Shown piece after piece: positions 27,294-35,626 of a stretch of DNA of 64,000 nt (position 1 is its first letter; every line of letters begins with the position of its first letter). The stretch spans positions 1 through 64,000 of the forward strand of contig JBBDYA010000099.1 in NCBI GenBank assembly GCA_040902005.1, written 5' to 3'. A program made the translations under genes and the position numbers. The notes beneath the pieces are model-generated. The model did not search any database and was not told the DNA's origin. It was given only the letters and a program-made list of their open reading frames with translations. The stretch comes from Gemmatimonadaceae bacterium (GTDB lineage: Bacteria > Gemmatimonadota > Gemmatimonadetes > Gemmatimonadales > Gemmatimonadaceae).

Positions 27294-29468
27294 TCATCGT
27301 GCCAGCGGATCCGGACGCAACTGGAACTTCGCCACCTTGCTCGTCGTCCCCTTCCCCCCCTCCATATGGAACGGCGCGCGTGTGCTCACCGTGGCCCAGA
27401 GTCCGCGCCCCTTCCAGCCAGCGTTCGGGTCGTCGATGCGCCCGTCGAGCCACTTGGTGTAGAACCCCAGTGGATACGGAACGCGCAGGATCACCCATTC
27501 ACCGTTCTTGAGCGCGAGCAGTCCCTCGGCCGCGTTCCCCGTGTTGATCGGAACATTCCGGCCCAGGCCAAACACGTCGAACTGGTCGACCCAGGTGTAA
27601 TAGCTCGCCTCCACGCTGCCGGGATCGGTGACGCCCTGGAACTGCGGCCCTGGCTCCTGGTACAGCGTCCACCCTTCGGGGCAGTGCTGTCCCGTCGTCG
27701 CCGCTGGACCGTTCAGCGGTCCGGTGCACTTCCGCCGGTCGAAGCTGGCCATGTGTCCGCTCGCGAGCGCCACCCACGCCACGCCGTTGCGATCCACGTC
27801 CCCACCGCGCGGCGAGAATCCCTGCACCGCCGCGCGCGGGTTGTTCCACGGCGGCTGGTAGTACTCGGCGAGCGCCGTGGCTGGCGGGTTGTCGCCGGGA
27901 ACCAGGCGGATCACCGCGCCGGGAAACCCGAGCGACGTTCCCCAGACTGAACCATCCGGCGCCGGTGCCACCGAGTAGAATCCCGACGAGATGCGCTTGT
28001 CCTTCGTGGGATCGAGCGGCGCGTTCGGCTCCGTGTACTCGTCGCGCCGCCCGTTTCCGTTCGCGTCCAGCACCAGCGCCGTCCACCCCTGCGATCGTTC
28101 CTCGTCGCCGGTGTCGTCGAACATCTTCACGTTCAGCCAGCCCACGACCGGGCCTCCGCCGCTCGTCCACAGCGTGTTGTTCGCGTCCTCCGCGAACATG
28201 AGGTGATGCGTGCTGAAGCACGTGCTGATGTGCGTGAGCTTTTCCGTACGTGGATCCCAGACCGCCAGATGGCGCCCGGCGCGATTCACCGGGGACATTC
28301 TTGCCGACGGATGGTCGGATCCCGCCTTGCAAAAGGCCGGGTTGTCGAAGGAGCGCACTGCCGCGGTGATCCAGACGCGTCCGCGCTCGTCGAGCATCGG
28401 GTTGTGGACGTTGCTGCGACTGGTCCAGATCGGCTCGTCGCCCCAGAACGGTGACGGTGCCGGCATGCCAGCGTTCGTGCGCGGCGTGGCGCTGTCGCGC
28501 ACGGTGAGCGGGACCCGACTCGCGACGTGTCGCACCGGATCGAGCACCGGCAGGTAGTCGGCGCTCGCCTCCAGCGCGCCATACAGTTTTCCATTGGCAT
28601 TGACCGTGGGATTGCGCCGGTCGGTGGACACGACATCATGGAGATACGCCTTCGGATCGGCCCAGTCCCACTGCGTGATCACCACGTTGCGCTCGATCCC
28701 CTGCGGGCGCCGCGGTGCCTCGGGCACCTCGCCGGCGGCGATCCGGTCCGTCCAGTCGGCGAACATCCCGAGCATGCGCTGCCGGCCGAGCTGATTGAGC
28801 GAGTTGCTCATCCCGCCCCCCGCCTGCCCGGACTGCACGCGGCGGCCCCACGCGGCCACCGTCGTGGCATGCGCGCCCCTGATCTCCGCCGGGATCTCGC
28901 GTGTGGCCTTCGTGCCCAGCTGGTGGCACGCCGTGCAGTTGCCGGACTTGAGCGTGCGAAGGAGCTCGGCCTGACTGCCCAATGTGGTGGCGAGACCATT
29001 CCCGTTCTCACCCGTACCGGGAAACTCGGACGTGCCCGGAATCCGCATGAGCGAATACCAGTGGCCGGCCGGATAGTATTCCGCGGCCGCGCGCGCGCTC
29101 GGCGCCGCGACGGCGGTGAGATGCAGCGTCGTTCCAGGAGCGACCCGGCCCTTTGGCGAATCCACGAGTCCGTATCCGCGCACCCAGACGTCGTAGGTCG
29201 CGCCCGGCAGCTCGGGAATCAGATAGCGCCCGCGATCGTCGGTGACGACGATCTTCACGTACCTGGTGGGCAGGTCGTTCGTTTCAGCGATGACCCACAC
29301 GCCGGCTTCCACCCCCGATGGACCAGTGACGACGCCAGCGATCTCACCATCGCCGGCGCGAATGTCCGCACGGCCGGACGCCCCCTGCGGTGCGCGAGGG
29401 GAGCACGCGGCGATGAGCGCAGCCGCGCCGGCCACCACGCCAAGGGAAAGAACCGTTCTCAGCGTCAT
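27294..29468 (-). CDS. Lipoprotein: CarboxypepD_reg domain + heme-c motif + beta-propeller-like region
   Basis: Lipobox LIAAC; GVWVIAET..IVVTDDRGRY; CTACH (CxxCH); His motifs YLHD, NVHN, STHH; VWxT-type propeller repeats. Confidence 0.75.
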   Translation of the reverse strand: MTLRTVLSLGVVAGAAALIAACSPRAPQGASGRADIRAGDGEIAGVVTGPSGVEAGVWVIAETNDLPTRYVKIVVTDDRGRYLIPELPGATYDVWVRGYGLVDSPKGRVAPGTTLHLTAVAAPSARAAAEYYPAGHWYSLMRIPGTSEFPGTGENGNGLATTLGSQAELLRTLKSGNCTACHQLGTKATREIPAEIRGAHATTVAAWGRRVQSGQAGGGMSNSLNQLGRQRMLGMFADWTDRIAAGEVPEAPRRPQGIERNVVITQWDWADPKAYLHDVVSTDRRNPTVNANGKLYGALEASADYLPVLDPVRHVASRVPLTVRDSATPRTNAGMPAPSPFWGDEPIWTSRSNVHNPMLDERGRVWITAAVRSFDNPAFCKAGSDHPSARMSPVNRAGRHLAVWDPRTEKLTHISTCFSTHHLMFAEDANNTLWTSGGGPVVGWLNVKMFDDTGDEERSQGWTALVLDANGNGRRDEYTEPNAPLDPTKDKRISSGFYSVAPAPDGSVWGTSLGFPGAVIRLVPGDNPPATALAEYYQPPWNNPRAAVQGFSPRGGDVDRNGVAWVALASGHMASFDRRKCTGPLNGPAATTGQHCPEGWTLYQEPGPQFQGVTDPGSVEASYYTWVDQFDVFGLGRNVPINTGNAAEGLLALKNGEWVILRVPYPLGFYTKWLDGRIDDPNAGWKGRGLWATVSTRAPFHMEGGKGTTSKVAKFQLRPDPLAR

Positions 29469-29500
29469 GTCGAACCTCCTGTGTCGGGCCAATAACAGGA

Positions 29501-29971
29501 TCAGGACGGATCGGCGCGCCGCTGCGACTCCAGCAGCGAGACGCAATGCGCCGCGAGCGCGATCGTTTCGTACTCTGTGCCGTCCGCCGCGCGCCACTTG
29601 CACTCCACGAGGCAATCGAATGGCTGCAGGACCAGCTCGCTCACGATCGTGGCACCCTTCGCCTTGCGTAGCGCGCCGCGCCGCGACAGCACTCCGCTCC
29701 ATACGACGACGTGCAGCTCGCCGAGCACGGGATCGTTACCGGTTTCCACGAACCAGGAGACGCTGATCGCGGACTTGGCTGCCTGAAGCACACACCCCGT
29801 CGGCGTCCGGTGCTGTTCCACTGGAACCTTGATGTCTTCGGCGCGCTTCAACACGCGCTCGGGTGCCAGTTCGTCGAGCAGCGCAGTCACGGCGCGCTGC
29901 GCGGCGTTCCTCGCCTTCGCTGTTGGGGACGCGGTCCACGGGGCGGCCTGCGGATTCGTCGGATCGTCCAT
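29501..29971 (-). CDS. Hypothetical protein
   Basis: Clean globular-looking frame MDDPTNPQAAPW...SVSWF..GELHVVVWSG filling the gap; start uncertain. Confidence 0.65.
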   Translation of the reverse strand: MDDPTNPQAAPWTASPTAKARNAAQRAVTALLDELAPERVLKRAEDIKVPVEQHRTPTGCVLQAAKSAISVSWFVETGNDPVLGELHVVVWSGVLSRRGALRKAKGATIVSELVLQPFDCLVECKWRAADGTEYETIALAAHCVSLLESQRRADPS

Positions 29972-30126
29972 TGCTGTTGCGGGCCCGGTGTGCGAAACGT
30001 GAAAAATTGACGCCCCCTGAAGATAAGCTGGGCTAGTCCATCTCGCCCAGTTCCGTTCCGTTCTCCGAGTCATCCGCGTCATCCGCGTTAGTTCCCTACC
30101 GCGGCCATGAGCCCTACGTTTGCCGG

Positions 30127-30792
30127 GTGAAGCCCCTTGTCCTTCTGACGGTCGTGTGCACGGCGATCGCCGCCTGTGGAACCGCGACGCGAACCGGACC
30201 GATGAGCGCTCCGCCGCCCGGATCTCCCGCGGCCATGGCCGCTGCCGACAGCGGGCGACCACCCTATGTCGCTGCCGACGTGCGGTTCATGCAGGGGATG
30301 ATCACGCACCACGCGCAGGCGCTGGTGATGTCCGCGCTCGCGCCCGCGCGCGCCGCCGGAAACGATGTGCGCGTTCTCGCCGAGCGGATCGCCGTGGCGC
30401 AACGCGATGAGATCCGGCTCATGCAGCGATGGCTGCGCGACCGCGGCGAACCGGTGCCGGACACCACGCACGTGATGATGGGCCACGCGATGGCGGCGGG
30501 CGACCTGATGGCCGGCATGCTGTCAGCGCCGCAGCTCGATTCCCTGCGTGCCGCGCGCGGTGCCGAGTTCGACCGGCGCTTTCTCATCAGCATGATTCAG
30601 CATCATGAAGGAGCGCTCGTCATGGTGCGCGCGCTGTTCGGCAGTCAGGGCGCGGCGCAGGACGGCGACATCTTCCGCTTTGCCTCCGACGTGGACGCCG
30701 ATCAGAACACCGAAATCGACCGCATGCGCAGGATGCTCGCGGCACGCCTCGACGACCCTCCCCCTCCTAGTGCGTCAGCGCGCCTTCACTGA
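30127..30792 (+). CDS. Second DUF305 lipoprotein
   Basis: Lipobox IAAC; DVRFMQGMITHHAQALVM, QRDEIRLM, HVMMGHAM..MAGM, FDRRFLISMIQHHEGALVM. Clear paralogue of 7076-7756. Confidence 0.9.
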   Translation: MKPLVLLTVVCTAIAACGTATRTGPMSAPPPGSPAAMAAADSGRPPYVAADVRFMQGMITHHAQALVMSALAPARAAGNDVRVLAERIAVAQRDEIRLMQRWLRDRGEPVPDTTHVMMGHAMAAGDLMAGMLSAPQLDSLRAARGAEFDRRFLISMIQHHEGALVMVRALFGSQGAAQDGDIFRFASDVDADQNTEIDRMRRMLAARLDDPPPPSASARLH

Positions 30793-32246
30793 TCCGGGCG
30801 CCTGATCTCCTCAATCCGCGCGACGAAATCGCCTTCCATGATCCCGTCCACGTCTTCCATCCCCAGCACCACCTCGGCGAACACCGTATAGTCGCGCCCC
30901 AGCCGCAGGTTGTCCCTGAGATTCACGAACCACTGCGCGTCACCGGTGTCGTGGCCGCGCGTGCTCATGCCGATCGTGCCGCGCGCATGGGGCACGGTGC
31001 CCAGCTCGTCGCGAAAGTAATCGGCGTGGCCCACATACTCGTTCCCCCCCGGCCCCAATCCCTGCACCACGAAATCGTGCTCCACGCGGTGCCAGCCGGT
31101 GTTGTCGTAGTAGCCCGCGCGCGCGAGCGCCAGCACGCGGGCCGACATCAGTGGCGCGACATCACCGCGCAGACGTACGACGAATGAACGGCGGCCGCTG
31201 CGCGGCGCCAGGGTGACGCGCAACAGCACGGTGTCGCCCAGCGCGAGCGCCACGGCCCGGTCAGGCAGCACATCGCGACGAGGCGGCGGCCGATCGTCGG
31301 TGGCCGGACGGCCGGCGGCGTCGAGCAGGGCAATCCGCGCGTCGCGCGCGGGCGGGGTAACCCCCGCCACCCAGCGCTCGAACCCGGCGCTCGCCGCCCC
31401 CCGGGCATCGGAGCGCGGCGTTCCCTTGAGGGCGATCGCGGCCGCGCGCACCACCTGCGCGCCATCGGCGCTCAGGGCGGCGATGTAGAGGTCGTCGTCG
31501 GCATGGCCCGAGAGCCGGCCGAGCGCCTCGATGGCGATTTCCCTCACGTTGTCGTCGACGTCGCGCGCCATCGCGCGAAGTCGCGCCGTATCCGCCAGCT
31601 GCGCCGCCGCCCGCGCCACGTACATCCGCATCTGCCAGACGGGGTGCGCGGCAAGTGTGCCCACGCTCGAACGCGCGTCGTCCGGACGCAGCCGCGCCAG
31701 TGCCAGGATGCCGTGCGCGGCGGCGTGCCAGGGCACGTCGCCGGGCACCCGCCCTTCCGCCTGGGCGGGAAGCGCGTCGATCCACGAGCGCAGCGTCGCC
31801 ACGATGGCATCGTCCGATGCGCAGTGGTCCGTCAGGAGCGCCGTCGCCCGCAACCGGACGGGCCACACGCTGTCGGCGAGGGCCTCGCGAAGCGCGCCGC
31901 AGTTCTCGCGCTGCTGGGTGAGGGCGCGGTAGCGCAGACGCCACGCCGGCTCCGGCCAGTGCGGTGGCGACGGCAGCGGGGCAAACGAGTCGCGCGCCGC
32001 AAAGCGCGGGTCGCGGATTCGGCCACTCGCGCGCTGGGCCAGGGCCCGGATCCGTGCATCGGAATGGCGCATGCCCAATGCGAGCGACGCGTCGGTCGAG
32101 TCACGCCGGTCTTCCGCGAGCAGGATGCGCCCGATCAGCGCCGAGTCGGCGCGTCCGGCTCGCTCCGGCTGCGCGGTCGCGGCGCTCGGGATCGCAACGA
32201 GTGCGACGACGAAAAGGGCTTTGGCCGCGACGCGCCGCTCAGTCAT
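30786..32246 (-). CDS. Exported HEAT-repeat protein with a C-terminal cyclophilin-type PPIase domain
   Basis: HEAT-like units (DARIRALA, WPVRLRAT, DNVREIAIEAL); GYYD...HRV.HDFVVQG, RGTIGMSTRGHDTGDAQWFVNL, YTVFAEV..GM. Confidence 0.85.
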   Translation of the reverse strand: MTERRVAAKALFVVALVAIPSAATAQPERAGRADSALIGRILLAEDRRDSTDASLALGMRHSDARIRALAQRASGRIRDPRFAARDSFAPLPSPPHWPEPAWRLRYRALTQQRENCGALREALADSVWPVRLRATALLTDHCASDDAIVATLRSWIDALPAQAEGRVPGDVPWHAAAHGILALARLRPDDARSSVGTLAAHPVWQMRMYVARAAAQLADTARLRAMARDVDDNVREIAIEALGRLSGHADDDLYIAALSADGAQVVRAAAIALKGTPRSDARGAASAGFERWVAGVTPPARDARIALLDAAGRPATDDRPPPRRDVLPDRAVALALGDTVLLRVTLAPRSGRRSFVVRLRGDVAPLMSARVLALARAGYYDNTGWHRVEHDFVVQGLGPGGNEYVGHADYFRDELGTVPHARGTIGMSTRGHDTGDAQWFVNLRDNLRLGRDYTVFAEVVLGMEDVDGIMEGDFVARIEEIRRPDQ

Positions 32247-32508
32247 CCGAGTCTGGAGTGGAGCGCAGCGCCTCGTGCGCCCGGCGGGTAGGCCAGGCGG
32301 CAACGCCCTTCACGCGCGCGACGATCGCGGTCACGCTCGCAATGGTGGCGACCGGCCCCACCGCCTGCCACACGGACGTGGTACCGGACACGATCCCTAC
32401 CAACCCGGCGATCCCGGCGAGGAGCGTCAGGAGCCAGAAGAGCGAAAGCTCGGCGTGCGCAACCCACAGCAGCCAGCTGGCGAATCGTCGCAAGCGTCCT
32501 GAAGGCAT
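32239..32508 (-). CDS. Hypothetical small membrane protein
   Basis: MPSGRLRRFASWLLWVAHAELSLFWLLTLLAGIAGLVGIV... with 2-3 hydrophobic segments; 8-nt overlap with the PPIase start. Confidence 0.4.
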   Translation of the reverse strand: MPSGRLRRFASWLLWVAHAELSLFWLLTLLAGIAGLVGIVSGTTSVWQAVGPVATIASVTAIVARVKGVAAWPTRRAHEALRSTPDSDD

Positions 32509-32578
32509 CCGGGTAATCCCTCGCGAGGTACGTTCGCAAGATGTGACGCGGCGCGATGAATCGCCACACCCGTGAGCC

Positions 32579-35233
32579 TCAATCCGATCTGAGCGCGGAA
32601 GCGGGATCCACGGATGTCGCCCTGTGCGCGGGAACGAAACAGGCAGCCAAAGCCACCAGCAGTATCGCGGACGCCCCAACAAGCATCGCGACCGGATCAT
32701 TCGCCTCGACGCCGAAGAGCAGCGAGCGCAGATACCCGGAGAGCGCGAATGCGCCCCCGGCGCCGAGCAGCAGGCCGGTGCCGGCGAGCACAACGCCCTG
32801 CCGAAGAACCAGGGACACGATCGACCGTGGCGTGGCCCCCAGCGCGGTGCGCACGCCGAACTCGCGCGTCCGTTCCGCGACCGCGCCGGCGAGCACGCCA
32901 TAGATCCCCGCCGCGGCGAGGAGCAGCGCCATGCCTCCAAACGCCGTGAACAGCATCACGCCCAGCCGTCGCTGCCCGGTGGAGCGCGCCACCACCTGGT
33001 CCATGGTGGCCACCCGGGAGATGGGCTGCAACGGATCCACGGACCGCACGGCCTCGCGCACGGCAGGAATCGCGCGCGAGGCGCTCCCGCTGACGCGCAC
33101 GACGAGGGCGATCGTCTGCTCCGGCCAGTACCACTGCCGCTCCGGCACGTACACCTGCTGGGTGACTGTTTCGTCCAACCCCGTGTGTCGCGCATTGCCG
33201 GCAATGCCGATCACCTGAAAATACGGCCGGTCGTCGCCACCGCCGATTCGGATGTACTTGCCAATGGCATCGCCGCCGGGCCACATCCGGCGCGCCAGCG
33301 CGTCGCTCACGATGGTCACGTGGGCGGTGGAGTCGAGCGACTCCGCCTCGGTGAACGCGCGACCGCGCACCACCGGTATCCGCATCGCCCGCATGTAGTC
33401 CCACGAGACCGCGTACCGATCGGCGTCCGTGCCCCGACTGGGCTCGGTCGGCAGATTGTCGCGATCACGAAGGCCGTACCGGTCGAAGTTGCCGCCCAGC
33501 GGCAGTTGCGAGGTCAACCCGACGTCGATCACGCCCGGCACCGCCCGAACCGCTTCGCGAATGCGATCGTGATTGCCGTACACCTGCCCCGCGGTCTCGT
33601 ACGCCGTGCCCGTGGCCTGCACCTCCATGGTGATCAGGCCGGACGGGTCGAAGCCCATGTCCACGGACAGGAGACGCACGAGACTGCGGCCCAGCAGCGA
33701 CGCGCCTACCAGCAGCATCATCGCCAACGCGACCTCCGCGACGACGAGACCCGCGCGCGTCCGATGGTGCGGTGTGCCCCCCCCCCCGGAGCGCGCGCCG
33801 CCACGGATGGCGTCGAACAGCCCGCGGCGCCCCGCCTGCAACGCCGGCACCATCCCCATGACGACCGCCACGAGCAGCACGACGAACGCGACGAGCGCCA
33901 GCACCTGCCAGTCGAGACGTATCGACGCCAGTCTGGGCAGTGATGCCGGAAGCTGGGCGACCAGCGTGGGGAGCGCGAGCGCCGCGATCACCACACCGGC
34001 AACGCCGCCGCCGATCGCGATCACCAGCCCTTCGCTGAACAGCTGCCGGGCGATGCGCGAGCGGCCGGCCCCGAGCGCCGCTCGCACCGCGAACTCCCCG
34101 TCGCGACGCGCCGCGCGCGCGAGCTGCAGGTTCACCACGTTCGCCACCGCGATGAGCAGCAGCAGTGTGACCGCCCCGAGCACGGCCACGAAGATCGTCC
34201 GCGTGTTCTGCGTGACACGATCCTGAAGACGCTCGACGACTGCGCCCGCGCCGACGTACACCGTCGGGAACTGCGACGCCATCCGTTGCATCAACGCCTC
34301 CAGCTCGCTCCCGGCCGCTGCGTGGGTCGTCCCATCCCGCAGCCGCCCGACCATCTTCAGATGGCGGCAGTCGCGGCACGCCCAGTCCTGCGCATCGTAG
34401 CCCAGCGCGCGCCAGATCTGGGAGGTGGGATCGAGCACATTCTCGAAGGACGCAGGCATCACGCCGATGACCACCGGCCGCGTGTCCCCCAGGTCCACCG
34501 TCTTGCCGATGATGCCGGGGTCGGCGGCGAAGCGCCGATTCCACAGCCCGTGGCCGAGTATCACGACGTTGTAGTGATCCGGCGTGTCGTCCGATGCCAG
34601 GAAATCGCGTCCAATCACGGGCCGCACGCCGAGCGTTCGAAAGTACTCCCAGCTCACGCGCAGTCCGCGCAGGCGTTCGGCATCATGCTCGCCAAAGACG
34701 GTGGGCTCCCAGCTGCCGAAGGCCGCGGACCGCTGCAACGAACGGGAGTCACGGCGCAGGTCGGCGTACGTGGCGTAGCCGACGTTCGTGGCGCGCCCGT
34801 CACCGCCCCGCTCGTTCACCATCACGAGCCGGTCCGCATCGTCGTACGGAACGGCCTGCAGCAGGAGCGGGTTCGCGATGCTGACGATCGCCGTCGTCGC
34901 GCCGATCGCGAGGCCGAGCGTGCCGACGCAGAGCAAGGTGAACCCGCGGGCGCGCGAAAGCACGCGCACCGCCTGTCGGAGGTCGGCGAGAAACGATTGC
35001 ATGCGGGACTCCCGGGTGGATGGGACGTAGGCGGACACGTGATCCGGAACGATCTGGAGCGCGAACAGGGCCGTCACGGCCTCGTGCCAGAATCGGAGGT
35101 AGGCCCCCGGACCGTGCGCGCCAGCCTGCTGCCACGACTCCGTGAGATCGCCGATCAGCACGTCGCGGGACTCCTCCGGAAGCAGTGCCTCGAGCAGTCG
35201 GATCGCGAGCCGCGGCGGCGCCGGCGCGCTCAT
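32579..35233 (-). CDS. ADOP-type duplicated ABC permease with an N-terminal prefix domain
   Basis: PPRLAIRLL..IGDL prefix, DLRQAVRVL, LLIAVANVVNLQLAR, RTREFGVRTALGA, VDPASALRSD. Confidence 0.92.
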   Translation of the reverse strand: MSAPAPPRLAIRLLEALLPEESRDVLIGDLTESWQQAGAHGPGAYLRFWHEAVTALFALQIVPDHVSAYVPSTRESRMQSFLADLRQAVRVLSRARGFTLLCVGTLGLAIGATTAIVSIANPLLLQAVPYDDADRLVMVNERGGDGRATNVGYATYADLRRDSRSLQRSAAFGSWEPTVFGEHDAERLRGLRVSWEYFRTLGVRPVIGRDFLASDDTPDHYNVVILGHGLWNRRFAADPGIIGKTVDLGDTRPVVIGVMPASFENVLDPTSQIWRALGYDAQDWACRDCRHLKMVGRLRDGTTHAAAGSELEALMQRMASQFPTVYVGAGAVVERLQDRVTQNTRTIFVAVLGAVTLLLLIAVANVVNLQLARAARRDGEFAVRAALGAGRSRIARQLFSEGLVIAIGGGVAGVVIAALALPTLVAQLPASLPRLASIRLDWQVLALVAFVVLLVAVVMGMVPALQAGRRGLFDAIRGGARSGGGGTPHHRTRAGLVVAEVALAMMLLVGASLLGRSLVRLLSVDMGFDPSGLITMEVQATGTAYETAGQVYGNHDRIREAVRAVPGVIDVGLTSQLPLGGNFDRYGLRDRDNLPTEPSRGTDADRYAVSWDYMRAMRIPVVRGRAFTEAESLDSTAHVTIVSDALARRMWPGGDAIGKYIRIGGGDDRPYFQVIGIAGNARHTGLDETVTQQVYVPERQWYWPEQTIALVVRVSGSASRAIPAVREAVRSVDPLQPISRVATMDQVVARSTGQRRLGVMLFTAFGGMALLLAAAGIYGVLAGAVAERTREFGVRTALGATPRSIVSLVLRQGVVLAGTGLLLGAGGAFALSGYLRSLLFGVEANDPVAMLVGASAILLVALAACFVPAHRATSVDPASALRSD

Positions 35234-35553
35234 GCCGGTTCCAGCCCCACGGCGAGGCCGGCCGCCATGCGGCGCAGCCCGCGGATGCTCGCGCGCAGCA
35301 ACCGTACGCCGTCCGCCGTCACCGCGTAGTGACGCTTGCGCCGCCCGCCCCGATGCGGCGCGGACTCGCCGATGCGCGACGCCACGAGTCCCTTGGCCTC
35401 GAGCCGCACGAGCGTCTTGTGGATGGTGCCCAGGGTGAGGTCGCGCCCCGTGGCGCGCCGGATCGCGTCCTGAATCGTGACGCCGTATCCCTCGTCGCCT
35501 AGCCGCAGCGTTGCCAGCAGAACCACCTGTTCCAGCTCACCGAGCATGGGCAC
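35230..35553 (-). CDS. PadR-family transcriptional regulator
   Basis: LGELEQVVLLA..L...YG, GTIHKTLVRLEAKG, RGGRRKRHYAVT..G; 4-nt overlap with the permease. Confidence 0.92.
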   Translation of the reverse strand: MPMLGELEQVVLLATLRLGDEGYGVTIQDAIRRATGRDLTLGTIHKTLVRLEAKGLVASRIGESAPHRGGRRKRHYAVTADGVRLLRASIRGLRRMAAGLAVGLEPA

Positions 35554-35559
35554 CGGACC

Positions 35560-35589
35560 ATTTTACAGACATTGTCTATGTTATCGACA
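35560..35589 (-). promoter_or_regulatory. PadR promoter with probable autoregulatory operator
   Basis: -10 TAAAAT lies 6 nt before GTG 35553. Imperfect palindrome TGTCTA-N5-TCGACA at 35573-35589. Confidence 0.55.
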
Positions 35590-35626
35590 TCCGGGAACGG
35601 CGCAAGGTTGGAATCGCCGGCACGGA

